Below, in pieces: positions 16,123-25,991 of a DNA stretch of 40,449 nt. The notes below the pieces were generated by a model, which saw nothing but the letters and a program-made list of their open reading frames with translations, searched no databases and was not told where the DNA came from. Both the position numbers and the translations under genes were made by a program. The stretch is taken from the sequence record NC_010155.1, one strand, 5' to 3'. How positions within the stretch are numbered: position 1 is the first letter of the stretch; every line of letters begins with the position of its first letter.

Positions 16123-16265
16123 TACAACGTGTTAGGTATTTCTTCTACTATTGCGTAACGTACCTGCACGTTACCTATCCCTACGAATCCTTCTTCTACA
16201 ATTCTCATTTCGTTTTCTTCTCTCGTGTAGATAAATTTAAATATTTTGTATCCTACCTTATATAC

Positions 16266-16625
16266 ATGGCAGAAGAAAAGAAAGAGGACGAAATTCTCCT
16301 TCCAGAAGAGAATAAGAGTGAGACTGAGAAGATCGTGGAAAGCATTATCTCATCAATAGAGACTGACCTACCTTCGAACGTGGATTATGTAACGGGAATA
16401 TTAACTGACGAGGATAGGAACGTTCTCATCATCAAGAAGGGCAAAATATATGTTGGGAAGTCGCTCGAGGACGCAAAGCCGATAAAGGAATACATGAAGA
16501 ATGCCGACGTTCCATTCTTAATAAATGCACTATACATCCTAAAGGACATGTTGCCGTCATATAAAGACATGTGGTCAGGGAAGCTCGAAGAGGAGGCTAG
16601 GAAAAAGTACAACGAGATATTTTGA
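16266..16625 (+). CDS. Hypothetical protein, 119 aa
   Basis: TTTAAATA box near 16230; start moved to MAEEKK. Confidence 0.8.
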   Translation: MAEEKKEDEILLPEENKSETEKIVESIISSIETDLPSNVDYVTGILTDEDRNVLIIKKGKIYVGKSLEDAKPIKEYMKNADVPFLINALYILKDMLPSYKDMWSGKLEEEARKKYNEIF

Positions 16626-16631
16626 CGAACG

Positions 16632-17009
16632 TCACTCTTCTTCTCCTTCAAGGAATTTTTTCAATCTTTTCTTGTTCTTCTTCTTAAGAGGTTCAATCTC
16701 CACATTCTCTTGTTGCGACTTTTGGTTCACGAATTGTTGGGCTAACATCATTTGTAGCCAGTTCGTCGTCGACCCTTCCCCAGGTCTAATTATTCCAGAC
16801 TGTATCAACAGTTGAACCATCTCATTAATGTTGTTTAGTGCAACTTTAACGTCATCAAGTGTCCATTTTGCTTTTAGGTGGTTATCTAGAATTTCAGCAA
16901 CTGTTTTCACTGCCTTTTTCGTTTTATCTAGTTCTGCTTGTAGCTCCTCGACTTTTTTCTCCAGTTCCTCTATCCTCTGTTCTTCAGTTTTCTTTTCTGG
17001 CTCACTCAT
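16632..17009 (-). CDS. Coiled-coil protein, 125 aa
   Basis: Heptad-like IEELEKKVEELQAELDK; GAGGTG SD; downstream of MCP genes. Confidence 0.85.
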   Translation of the reverse strand: MSEPEKKTEEQRIEELEKKVEELQAELDKTKKAVKTVAEILDNHLKAKWTLDDVKVALNNINEMVQLLIQSGIIRPGEGSTTNWLQMMLAQQFVNQKSQQENVEIEPLKKKNKKRLKKFLEGEEE

Positions 17010-17538
17010 TATCTAACACCTCCTGGAGTTGTTTCCTCACGTCGTCACTCTTCTGTGACTTCATGTAAATTACCACATACCCATACTTCTCATCATTACC
17101 AAATTGTACACGTAATGATCTCATGTGATTTCCTGCTCTTGTCTTGGTTTCCTGTAGCGTCTTTTCTAGTATCCTGAGGATGACGTCACTTAATGATACC
17201 ATTACAACAGCGTCTCCGTCGTCAGTGATGTACGCCGTCGAATCTATCCCCATCTTTTTCAGCTTGGAGAGTATCTTGTTATTCACCTCTTTCAAGTCAG
17301 CATCAACAAGCTCTTTCATGCCGACTAGAAATAACTTGCCGTTCTTTATCTTGACTGACCATAACTCCTTGTTAATGTCAGCTGTTAGCTGTTCCGAGAA
17401 TTCCTGGAAGGGGATTGCCACGACTACAGACTTCTCGTTGAGTGCGCCAGAGACTACTTTTATTCCCATATTTTCCAACGAAGAGACAAACACCTTGTAC
17501 ACATACGCAACTGATCCTAGTAAACGAATTTTATCCAT
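17002..17538 (-). CDS. Hypothetical protein, 178 aa
   Basis: Own TTTTATA box; overlaps next gene. Confidence 0.85.
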   Translation of the reverse strand: MDKIRLLGSVAYVYKVFVSSLENMGIKVVSGALNEKSVVVAIPFQEFSEQLTADINKELWSVKIKNGKLFLVGMKELVDADLKEVNNKILSKLKKMGIDSTAYITDDGDAVVMVSLSDVILRILEKTLQETKTRAGNHMRSLRVQFGNDEKYGYVVIYMKSQKSDDVRKQLQEVLDNE

Positions 17539-17582
17539 AAACTAGGATTGGGAAAAAAAGTATAAAAACTTGTTATCCAAAA

Positions 17583-18083
17583 TTACGCTCTTTTCAGGAG
17601 TGCGTCTTCGATATCGGTCAACACTTTAGACATATCCACGGTGTGCGTCTTTCCGTCCTTTCCTATGAAGACGTAGATATAACCAGAGGATGTTCCTGTT
17701 GGAGCAATTGGCATTTTCTGCATTAACTCATACAGATAGTTATCATGCATCTGTGTCAACGATTCGCCCTTATAGTCCAAGATGTAGTTAGCAACAACTT
17801 TCTCTGCATACGCCATCAGTAGTCCTTGGAATGTTGGTGGGATGCCATACTTCTCGGCGACTTGCTTTGCCACTTGCTTAGCTAGGTGAGATGCTTGATA
17901 ATCACTTATCCAGTTGTATGTTTCTTGGTAAGACAACTTGTCTATTGCCTTAGCAACCCATGGATTACCAGCGACCTCTTTCCCAAGTACGTGGGCTGTC
18001 GTACCGACGTTCATGGTAAACCTTTTTGCGTAATATCTTAGGACTGAAGCTTGACTTAGTCTCCTTTTCTTACCTGCCGTCAC
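17583..18083 (-). CDS. Major capsid protein, 166 aa (Adnaviria SIRV2-fold MCP)
   Basis: Basic N-terminus AGKKRRLSQ, all-helical, paired with paralogue; GTG start with GGTGA SD. Confidence 0.9.
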   Translation of the reverse strand: MTAGKKRRLSQASVLRYYAKRFTMNVGTTAHVLGKEVAGNPWVAKAIDKLSYQETYNWISDYQASHLAKQVAKQVAEKYGIPPTFQGLLMAYAEKVVANYILDYKGESLTQMHDNYLYELMQKMPIAPTGTSSGYIYVFIGKDGKTHTVDMSKVLTDIEDALLKRA

Positions 18084-18091
18084 TCATCACC

Positions 18092-18706
18092 TCATAATCC
18101 TTTCTCAATTTCTTCAAGCGCTGAGTATGCGCTCTCCATGCTAGAGAATCCTTCAGTACCTTCGTAGTGTGGCGTGGTGGATATTCTCGCCTCTTGTAGT
18201 ATTATGCCAGCATAGGAGTTTGGTAGTGCTGGATTCTTTCTGACAATTCCATCCACGACAGAGATCACGTTACTCTCATCGAGGACGGTCTCACCAAGCT
18301 CTTGAGCAACTGCTGGCACAATTCCCTTTAACGCATTTCCAGTCTCTGCTATTATCTTTTTCACGACGTTTGGTTGTATACCTCTAGCTACGTACTTAGC
18401 ATATAAGAATGAGGCAGTCTCCTTGTGAGTTAGATATACTGCGTAGATCGCCTCGTTGATAATTTGCCATAGTGGGAACGTTGCGCCAGCTCCCGCTGAA
18501 CTGGTAAGTGTAGTTCTTAATTGATTGTGTATCTTGGTGTAGATATTTACGAATACTTTCTCGTAATTACTGTAAGCTTGCTCTACAAACTCTTTTGCAT
18601 AATCTTCTCCCATGTAGTTGACGAAGATACCATACAGTTTACCCTTCCATCTCGTCGAGGTGTCGTTCTTTACATCAAACTTACGGTGGGCTTGCCTACC
18701 TGCCAT
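18092..18706 (-). CDS. Major capsid protein, 204 aa
   Basis: MAGRQAHRKFD...RWKGK basic N-terminus; first gene of the two-MCP operon typical of betalipothrixviruses. Confidence 0.9.
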   Translation of the reverse strand: MAGRQAHRKFDVKNDTSTRWKGKLYGIFVNYMGEDYAKEFVEQAYSNYEKVFVNIYTKIHNQLRTTLTSSAGAGATFPLWQIINEAIYAVYLTHKETASFLYAKYVARGIQPNVVKKIIAETGNALKGIVPAVAQELGETVLDESNVISVVDGIVRKNPALPNSYAGIILQEARISTTPHYEGTEGFSSMESAYSALEEIEKGL

Positions 18707-18737
18707 ACTTCATCAATGTGTCTTCTTTCCATACAAA

Positions 18738-18752
18738 TATATAAACCTTTGG
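18738..18752 (-). promoter_or_regulatory. MCP operon promoter (TATA shared with divergent gene)
   Basis: Minus strand AAAAGG-TTTATATA, 32 nt before the ATG at 18706. Confidence 0.7.
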
Positions 18753-18765
18753 ATACAAACAATAC

Positions 18766-19059
18766 GTGATGACAATAAAAAAGACGACGTTCGTCAGGCT
18801 GTGTTTCTGGGCATTATCGCAGGCGAGAATGTCGGGAATCAAGGTAGCACCGAGAATAATGTTGTATTTTCTAGATGAAGTCAAGGCATCGCCACGAACC
18901 AAGGAGCGCCTACTTCTGCTTATCGACGAGCTGGATACAGGGAAAATAACGCCAAGGGAGTTTGCTCGCCGACTATTTCTAGAGTACCCACGCCCGACTA
19001 GAAAAGGTAGAGTGCTTTCGCTAAAGGAGTTTAAACGTATAACATCCCTCGGTAAATAA
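18766..19059 (+). CDS. Basic hypothetical protein, 97 aa
   Basis: Divergent from the MCP operon; R/K-rich. Confidence 0.7.
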   Translation: MMTIKKTTFVRLCFWALSQARMSGIKVAPRIMLYFLDEVKASPRTKERLLLLIDELDTGKITPREFARRLFLEYPRPTRKGRVLSLKEFKRITSLGK

Positions 19060-19239
19060 GTCAGATAGTGACGAGGGAATATAAAGTACTTTCCTCTTTG
19101 CGGTTCTTACGCACTTTAGAGGAACAATCTTGTCCCCCACAACGACAGGGTAAATTTTCCCGACTTCGAAATTCGATTCTAGATATGCTGGGATGTAAAG
19201 AACCTGCTTCCCCCCTATCTGTCTTAGGCAAAGACTCAC
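19021..19239 (-). CDS. Tandem AbrB/SpoVT-like (swapped hairpin) protein, 72 aa
   Basis: Internal repeat KQVLYIP / RKVLYIP; GGTGA SD. Confidence 0.6.
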   Translation of the reverse strand: MSLCLRQIGGKQVLYIPAYLESNFEVGKIYPVVVGDKIVPLKCVRTAKRKVLYIPSSLSDLFTEGCYTFKLL

Positions 19240-19703
19240 CTAACAATCACCCCGTGTATTCCGCAGTCAATTTTCCTGTTGTAAGTAAAAACTAGTTCGG
19301 CGCAATACCCGATAGAGTTTATTTGCATTGGATTCAGATCGTCATAAGCTTCAAAGACGACAATAGGATCTCCGTCATCATTGTACCCCTTCGTCGTTTT
19401 TTTCACTATGACGTGAGAATCGAGCCTCAACATTTTCCCTATGTACACGTACACGGCGTTATTGTAGAGAGTGAAGGGCGGTTTAACCTCAATCTCTGTT
19501 GCTCCGTCGTAGCCAAGCTCGGCTAGTAAGATGGGGACAAAAACCGGCGGAATCTTCTTGATGTGCTCGTAAGCTAACACGACGTTATAGTTGTTAGTGC
19601 AAAGATCGTAATGATTATCGTACTCATCTAGGAATTTGTACTCATCACCTTTGAGACAGACATACTTTTTACCTGAGGCGAGATACATCTCGTAGATTTT
19701 CAT
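19236..19703 (-). CDS. Hypothetical protein, 155 aa
   Basis: Operon overlap; GAGGGG SD. Confidence 0.8.
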   Translation of the reverse strand: MKIYEMYLASGKKYVCLKGDEYKFLDEYDNHYDLCTNNYNVVLAYEHIKKIPPVFVPILLAELGYDGATEIEVKPPFTLYNNAVYVYIGKMLRLDSHVIVKKTTKGYNDDGDPIVVFEAYDDLNPMQINSIGYCAELVFTYNRKIDCGIHGVIVR

Positions 19704-19704
19704 T

Positions 19705-20337
19705 TTAAGTCTTCCCCTCCTTAGATATAATTTCTCTGCACAAGTTGAAAAAGTCTCCTATTGTCGCTACACATTCTGGCGAGGAACAACCCATGGCGAG
19801 TGCATTGAGTGCTGATTCGGCAGTATCCCATTTTTTAGCATACAGTGAGTAGAGCAACTCAAGTGCAGGTTTGTTGAAGTGGAAGTATCTTATCACTCTA
19901 AAGCATTCTGGGTAATGCGAGTGTACATAGTCTTTCGCCCTATAATACATTTCTCCTCTAGACTGTACTTTGCCCGTTGCTAAGTTTAGTCTAGTCAGTA
20001 TTGTGTCTAGATCTGCGTTCTGCGTGTTTGTTGGTAAGGACGGTGGTCCAGAGACAAGTTTTTCTAGTTCCTCGCAGAGACGCTTCGCCTCGGTGTAAAG
20101 TAGGAATGCATTTGTTAACGTCTGGAATACTGGCATTGTATATGCATGATACGTGTTGAGGATGGGATCGTAGTACACGTGTAAATGATCCCCCTTGACG
20201 GTTATATTGACAGAGACGGGATTGCATTGCACGAGAGCAAAGCCACGAATGTAATAAGTGTTGTACCTCTTTTCCACTGGTATCTTTTTAGCGATGTCCA
20301 ACAGTTTGACTAATGTTGCTGGTGTCCAATTTGCCAT
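19705..20337 (-). CDS. Hypothetical protein, 210 aa
   Basis: TTTTAAG promoter with leaderless geometry. Confidence 0.85.
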   Translation of the reverse strand: MANWTPATLVKLLDIAKKIPVEKRYNTYYIRGFALVQCNPVSVNITVKGDHLHVYYDPILNTYHAYTMPVFQTLTNAFLLYTEAKRLCEELEKLVSGPPSLPTNTQNADLDTILTRLNLATGKVQSRGEMYYRAKDYVHSHYPECFRVIRYFHFNKPALELLYSLYAKKWDTAESALNALAMGCSSPECVATIGDFFNLCREIISKEGKT

Positions 20338-20409
20338 TGTGTATATCTAGCAAAACCAGCTTAAAAAATTTGAAGTAGTGACGCTAGTCTAGATAAAATA
20401 GGCGTTGAG

Positions 20410-20646
20410 GTGATGAACGAGATGACGTCACCAATAGGAACGATCAAGAGAAAAAGGTTGACGTTTTCAGCAATGAAACGAGAGATGCGCTCAAGGAATG
20501 ATAAGATAGTACAAGCAACAGTAATTGCAACGTTGGCTAAATTTATCATGTTACCTTACCTTCAATCACGTATTCCCTCGCACGTTTCTTCACTTTCGCA
20601 ACCAGATCGTCATATTCGTCTTTCCCCATCGTCAAAGCATGGTTAA
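20410..20646 (+). CDS. Small basic protein, up to 78 aa (3' part overlaps glycosyltransferase antisense)
   Basis: GAGGTG SD; basic N-terminal half. Confidence 0.5.
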   Translation: MMNEMTSPIGTIKRKRLTFSAMKREMRSRNDKIVQATVIATLAKFIMLPYLQSRIPSHVSSLSQPDRHIRLSPSSKHG

Positions 20647-21385
20647 TCTCGTAGCGAAGCTCGTGAAGACTAAAATCCCACACTTTGAAGAAATTGACAC
20701 CATCTGGCGTGTAAGTGTATTCGTCCACAGGGTCAATGGGCAGTCCCACCAGGTTCTCACGATAGCCGTGAGCGTTCACGAAAATAGGGATAGTACCAAC
20801 AGCCATTGCCTCCACGGGTGGTAGACCAAAGCCCTCACTCTTTGATAGTGCTAGGAAGAATTTTGCCCTAGCGTAAAGTTCGTACTTTTGTTGTTCAGTG
20901 AGGGAGAATGCGGGGTAGTCAGGATTACCCAAGTTGCCCACGACGATCGTCTGAGAACGTAATCCCATTTCTCTAGTCAGCGAGTCAACGAGAGTAAGGT
21001 TTTTCCTATCAAAGAATCTACTTTCCCCCAACGTGATGAATAGTTTGTCCCTCTTTTCCTCCACTTGGATGGGGCGAATGTGCCTCTTCTTCATCCCCTT
21101 TGGCGGAAAACCAACTTTGACGAACATTTCAAAGTTCCACATTGATGCGACAATAAAGTTGTCGTAATGTGCCATTTCCTTCATGTAGAAAAGCGCATTA
21201 TAAACAGTATCTCCCCACAGCAAGCAGTGAACGTCATCCACTACACCCTTAATCCTTTTTAGAAAGAGTACGGGATCGTCAATGCAAACTTCAGCCTCAA
21301 ACAAGTTTCTAGTAACGACGAAGCCCTCATACCTTGCCACATTCTCATAAGAGCATTTTTCACAAGGAACGTATGCGAGAGTCAT
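20546..21385 (-). CDS. GT-B (GT4-like) glycosyltransferase, 279 aa
   Basis: SKSEGFGLPPVEAMAVG (EX7E); N-terminal CEKCSY. Confidence 0.9.
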   Translation of the reverse strand: MTLAYVPCEKCSYENVARYEGFVVTRNLFEAEVCIDDPVLFLKRIKGVVDDVHCLLWGDTVYNALFYMKEMAHYDNFIVASMWNFEMFVKVGFPPKGMKKRHIRPIQVEEKRDKLFITLGESRFFDRKNLTLVDSLTREMGLRSQTIVVGNLGNPDYPAFSLTEQQKYELYARAKFFLALSKSEGFGLPPVEAMAVGTIPIFVNAHGYRENLVGLPIDPVDEYTYTPDGVNFFKVWDFSLHELRYEINHALTMGKDEYDDLVAKVKKRAREYVIEGKVT

Positions 21386-21669
21386 GGGTTACACAACTTA
21401 CTATTCTTCAACTCGGGTATATAAGTGCATAAAACAACTATTATTTGATTCAGCATATTTAATTGTGGGCTTTCATTTAATGCTTCTTTTACCGTTTTTT
21501 CAATTCTTCTTTCGAATTCTTCACTCAAGATAATTTGTTGGACTATTTTTTCAATTTCCTTTTGAGTTTCTTCCTTTCGTGATTTGTTAATTCTATATAG
21601 ATAAAATAGTACGGTGATGAATGTTGCTACTTCATATGTTATGAATTCCATCTCTAATATTAGAGACAT
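21382..21669 (-). CDS. N-terminal TM helical protein, 95 aa; candidate virus-associated pyramid (VAP) egress protein
   Basis: One N-terminal TM segment followed by amphipathic helices; size and position fit the lipothrixvirus pyramid protein as I recall it (SIFV gp43). Confidence 0.5.
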   Translation of the reverse strand: MSLILEMEFITYEVATFITVLFYLYRINKSRKEETQKEIEKIVQQIILSEEFERRIEKTVKEALNESPQLNMLNQIIVVLCTYIPELKNSKLCNP

Positions 21670-21709
21670 GAGTAAAAATAAATAGAACGCTAAAATATAA
21701 ATATTCAGG

Positions 21710-22513
21710 ATGCAGTTAGCTTACGCAGTTGATCACGAGAATAAGATAATATATTACGACGAGAAAATGAAGGATGTAATACCATCACTAGATTATAAAA
21801 AAGTTAAAATTACTTCTAGCATATCTACATCGAAAATAAAAGAAGAGAAACTATTTCTTTTCGTATCGAGTGTTGATAATACTTTATTATACAAGAATGA
21901 GTGGTTGGGAACACACCCAAATGGTTTATTACTTCTACCCGGCGTATTTTTTAGAACGGCAAACGCTTCGATGGGATTCATTTTCCAAAATTTTGGCTTA
22001 ACTGCTTGGCACAACGTAATGATAGCACCGCACTCGAAGGGTGAGACTCCAAACGTTCCCATGATTTCATATTATGATAAAAGGCAATGGAAAGTGCATA
22101 TTCTAACTAGACCTGCAGTGTTTGTTAGTGTGTATAAGAAATTGATGAAAATGGTATTGGATTATGACGTTGCAATAGTTGAAACGACGTATAAATACCC
22201 ATATAAATATCCGGCAGTTCTAGGAAAAGAGGTGTGTGCGTATGGTGTTATTTCTGCGACTAATGGTGTAGCAACTTTCGCAAGTTATTTGCCATCTATT
22301 ATAGAAGTAAAGAGTGAATGTCCAAGCCTTGAAAGGGGTATGGAAGTGACTCTTGCGAGTGCGTATTCTGGTATAAGGAAAGGTAGAGTTATAAGCACTA
22401 ATGTGGAAATAGCGTATCACGTTGTACCAAAATTTTTGATACAAATAAAAAAGAGTTTCATGATAGATATTCCATCAATACCTGGTGATTCGGGCGGGGC
22501 AGTTTATATTTAA
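21710..22513 (+). CDS. Trypsin/chymotrypsin-like serine protease, 267 aa
   Basis: LTAWH101, DYD153VAIV, PGDS261GG: catalytic triad in canonical order. Confidence 0.8.
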   Translation: MQLAYAVDHENKIIYYDEKMKDVIPSLDYKKVKITSSISTSKIKEEKLFLFVSSVDNTLLYKNEWLGTHPNGLLLLPGVFFRTANASMGFIFQNFGLTAWHNVMIAPHSKGETPNVPMISYYDKRQWKVHILTRPAVFVSVYKKLMKMVLDYDVAIVETTYKYPYKYPAVLGKEVCAYGVISATNGVATFASYLPSIIEVKSECPSLERGMEVTLASAYSGIRKGRVISTNVEIAYHVVPKFLIQIKKSFMIDIPSIPGDSGGAVYI

Positions 22514-22572
22514 GTATTGTATCCTTTAGATATTTATATTTCTTGCACATTTATTATAGTTGAGGATAAAAA

Positions 22573-22788
22573 ATGAGCTACGCCCAAATAAGCTCTGCCT
22601 TAACCAGTGTAGCAACAAACCTAGTAGTAGCAATATCAAACTTCCTATCCGGTATCGCCTCATTTATTGCCAACAATGCCGATTTATTTGTAGGCATCGC
22701 AATAGCAGGACTCGTCATCGGGCTAGTTGCGAAATTCGCATCAAGTCTACCATTCGTCGGTCAGTTCCTTAGCTATCTAGGTTTATAA
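22573..22788 (+). CDS. Small hydrophobic (probable virion/envelope) protein, 71 aa
   Basis: A/V/I/L-rich, nearly uncharged; GAGG SD. Confidence 0.8.
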   Translation: MSYAQISSALTSVATNLVVAISNFLSGIASFIANNADLFVGIAIAGLVIGLVAKFASSLPFVGQFLSYLGL

Positions 22789-22813
22789 AAAAAGTGAAGT
22801 GAATCTATTTTTT

Positions 22814-23812
22814 TTACAAGATTTTCTCCCACATTTTCGCTATTTCTAGGTAGTTGTATCTCTCTCTGTATAGGATTGCCCTCCCCTCTAGATTCTCCTT
22901 CTTCTTTTCTGGAGTCCAGTCTGCAAGCGCCATAACGAGTTTCTGATAAGCATCCTCCACATCAGGATCCAGAAAATATCCCACGTGAAATGGATTAGTA
23001 TACCACAACTTAACCTTCCTACCTACTTTTATCCAGTAAACGTCATCCTCAGATAGAACCCACTCACTCCAGGCACCCTTCTCGGTAACTACAACGTCAA
23101 GACCGAGAGAAAGGGCTTCAATTACTGGTATCTCGAATGCACCACCTCGTACGGGATAAAAGAGAATATCACAGCCTGCAAACAAGCTATAGTACTGATC
23201 GTCGGGGAGAGGGGTTTTGACGGCGTTTAATCCTCTCAACCTAGGCTCAAGCATGTTGGAAACTAGAATAACGGGATAAAAATGATACCCAGAGTTCATG
23301 AGTTCGTGGAAAACCCTCACGACAACGTCGCCACCCTTCCTATCCCATGAATGCGGGAGAATTGCTAGAACGCAAGGATGTGGGACATTAGCAGGTTTGT
23401 AAGAGAACATGTCGGGATTTAACGCATGAGGTATAACGTAGATGGGTTGTGGAATTGGGAGACGTAAAGTGTAGAAGGCATTCTTACTCCACTGTGATGG
23501 TACGACAATCTCATCAACGGGCTGTTGTCTAAAAAAGTATAAGGCAGTATGGCTAATTGCATCAGTGTCAGATACTTCGAAAACAACGTTTTTCCCGTGA
23601 TGGGGAATCCCCTTCCAGAACAGTTGTGTGTTAAAAATCGTATAGTACACGTAGGCATCATACCCTGGTGGTAATTTTTCTTTAGTTGTTGTATTCTTTT
23701 CAAAAGGCGTAACCTCGTGACCGAGTTCCTTTAATCCTTTCTCTAGAAGTTTGCCTTGTCTTCCAAATGAGGTGTCAACAAAGTCCCTTACAAGGGCGAT
23801 TTTCATATGCAT
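22814..23812 (-). CDS. GT-B (GT4-like) glycosyltransferase, 332 aa
   Basis: SFGRQG, WDRKGGD, GAFEIPVIEALSLG. Confidence 0.92.
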   Translation of the reverse strand: MHMKIALVRDFVDTSFGRQGKLLEKGLKELGHEVTPFEKNTTTKEKLPPGYDAYVYYTIFNTQLFWKGIPHHGKNVVFEVSDTDAISHTALYFFRQQPVDEIVVPSQWSKNAFYTLRLPIPQPIYVIPHALNPDMFSYKPANVPHPCVLAILPHSWDRKGGDVVVRVFHELMNSGYHFYPVILVSNMLEPRLRGLNAVKTPLPDDQYYSLFAGCDILFYPVRGGAFEIPVIEALSLGLDVVVTEKGAWSEWVLSEDDVYWIKVGRKVKLWYTNPFHVGYFLDPDVEDAYQKLVMALADWTPEKKKENLEGRAILYRERYNYLEIAKMWEKIL

Positions 23813-23847
23813 AATGTATAAAAGCTCAAATATAAATAGATTATACT

Positions 23848-24066
23848 ATGGCAGAGGCAGTTGCGTTTCTAGCTGGTAGTAGTGGAGGAGGTATAGTTTC
23901 AGCATTAGAGGACATTGGAAATCAGATACTTGAATGGTTAAGAAAAATGTTCATGACAATTTGGAGGCATATAGTAGGACTATTTTACAGAATGATAGAC
24001 TATTTCATGAAAGACCCAGTAGGTTTCATTACAATGATTGGTGAATTAATAGTATTCCTAGCATAG
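23848..24066 (+). CDS. Small hydrophobic protein, 72 aa
   Basis: First gene of plus-strand operon; amphipathic/TM C-terminus. Confidence 0.75.
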   Translation: MAEAVAFLAGSSGGGIVSALEDIGNQILEWLRKMFMTIWRHIVGLFYRMIDYFMKDPVGFITMIGELIVFLA

Positions 24067-24076
24067 GTGATCAACC

Positions 24077-24550
24077 ATGATAAGTATGGATGACGTATAT
24101 TTCCAAATGATGCTTATGCCATTTCAAATACTTAAGATTCCGTATACTATAAAGAAAGAAGGTAATCTGTACAATGCGTATATTGACATTAAATCATTCC
24201 ATCGTCTATTTATGTCAACTCTAGGTAAAATTACTGCAATAAAACAGGATGAAAACCTAATAAAGTTATTACCAACTGGATCAACAAGTAACATCTCAGT
24301 TAAAGAAATAGAACAAGGTATACACATAGATTTTGGAGGCTTCTCAGAAATTGAGTTAACTGACGATAAACTAGTAGAGAAATTGAGGGAAACGTTTCAA
24401 GAGAGGTTTGGTAGTGAAGTAACTGTTAATAGGCAAGGTGATTATATCGTTATAAGTTGTAGTAGCCCATCACGTGTATTCATGAATGTGTTAAAGAGTT
24501 CGAATTCACCATTTGAGTTCAAGGATGGTAAAATTACTTTCAAGTTGTGA
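24077..24550 (+). CDS. Hypothetical protein, 157 aa
   Basis: AGGTGA SD; operon context. Confidence 0.85.
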   Translation: MISMDDVYFQMMLMPFQILKIPYTIKKEGNLYNAYIDIKSFHRLFMSTLGKITAIKQDENLIKLLPTGSTSNISVKEIEQGIHIDFGGFSEIELTDDKLVEKLRETFQERFGSEVTVNRQGDYIVISCSSPSRVFMNVLKSSNSPFEFKDGKITFKL

Positions 24551-24555
24551 GTTAA

Positions 24556-25305
24556 ATGTCTTCAATACTATCAATATCATTATCTGGCATAGGATCTGAA
24601 GTTGAGAATGCACTTTATAGTTATCTTCTTCAGCCTTTAATTTGTGTAATACAAGACGTGATAAATTATATAATTTATGGATTATTCTATTTCGCAAAAG
24701 TAGTGTGTGATGTATTCTTCTCATTTGTTCAAGCAATTTACAATTTCATCCTAACCATACTAAGCGACATAATATCCCTATTGGCAGGGGCAATAAACAA
24801 CATAATCTCTACATTGAGAAGTAAACTAGTTCCAGCATTTGTAGTAGCAATAACGCCAAAAGCAGAAGAAGAGTTGATAAAATACACGATAAGGGGAGTT
24901 ACTTCAGCTTCATCTGTGAAACAGGGAATAGTAAGAGGCTTATTGGGAGGACTAATGGGAATTGGAATACCATTAATATCATTTCTAGCAGGATCAATAA
25001 TAGATAGTGTAATACCAAATCAAGCAGTAGACGTAACGAATCTGTTATTCCCAATTCAGACGTTAAGACAACTTTCGAGCGATATTTGTTGTCCAATTAG
25101 TGCAGTAATTCCACCGCAATGTAAGAACACTTGTGGAGCAGTTAACGCACCAGTTTGCACACCGCCATGTTTAGAATTATCGAATGGGAATACTTACTGC
25201 TTTGGAGTACAATTTATATCACAAACAGCCACCTCAACAACTACAAGTGTACCACCATCTGAAAGCGTAACATTATCCACGTCATTCACGGTGACTCCAA
25301 CATGA
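24556..25305 (+). CDS. Membrane protein with Cys/Thr-rich C-terminus, 249 aa
   Basis: Long hydrophobic stretches; CCP...C...C...C...C then a T/S-rich tail. Confidence 0.85.
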   Translation: MSSILSISLSGIGSEVENALYSYLLQPLICVIQDVINYIIYGLFYFAKVVCDVFFSFVQAIYNFILTILSDIISLLAGAINNIISTLRSKLVPAFVVAITPKAEEELIKYTIRGVTSASSVKQGIVRGLLGGLMGIGIPLISFLAGSIIDSVIPNQAVDVTNLLFPIQTLRQLSSDICCPISAVIPPQCKNTCGAVNAPVCTPPCLELSNGNTYCFGVQFISQTATSTTTSVPPSESVTLSTSFTVTPT

Positions 25306-25982
25306 ATTTATGTAGAACATGGATAGAGGAAGAATTTCTAGTAGGAAAAATATATCCAATTGCACAAGCACAGTTTCTATATAATAATACCGTAGTAGGT
25401 ATAGGGACTGTAACGGCAAAGTTGAGTTTTGATGAATTAACTAACACTTACGCACTAGAATTAACAATTACTGATAACACGACGAATACTTACACTTATA
25501 ATGCAATAATGATAGTTGACTCAAATAATGTTAACGTTGCACTATTCACGTATGCGAAAGCGTATAGTAAAGGAACAGGTCAACTTACAGTGAAGGAAAC
25601 AATATATATCCCACAACCAGTTGCAGTGGTAAATTTTGCAACCTATGGTTTAACAGTTAAGAGTCTAGGGGAAATGATAGGAAATGCGTTAATGAATGGT
25701 GGTACCATTTACTTACCCAACTACATTTTCTTTTTTGATGCGTCTCTAGTTTTGATTGACCAAGTTCAATTTACACCCTCAATAAATATTACACCAACAG
25801 AGGTTCAAGAATATCAAACAATTAGCTGTCCAGTTTGTATTCTTACACCAGAAGTAACAGCCGTGCTAGTATACTTTGATTCATCATCAATGACTGTAAT
25901 AATATATGGCGTATATCCTATTCTATTAGGATTTGTTACAGCAAATGTACAATGGAGTATACCTTTTAACCCAAATTGCTGA
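25302..25982 (+). CDS. Beta-rich probable structural protein, 226 aa
   Basis: T/V/I/Y-rich; ATGA overlap. Confidence 0.85.
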   Translation: MNLCRTWIEEEFLVGKIYPIAQAQFLYNNTVVGIGTVTAKLSFDELTNTYALELTITDNTTNTYTYNAIMIVDSNNVNVALFTYAKAYSKGTGQLTVKETIYIPQPVAVVNFATYGLTVKSLGEMIGNALMNGGTIYLPNYIFFFDASLVLIDQVQFTPSINITPTEVQEYQTISCPVCILTPEVTAVLVYFDSSSMTVIIYGVYPILLGFVTANVQWSIPFNPNC

Positions 25983-25991
25983 TGATATATT

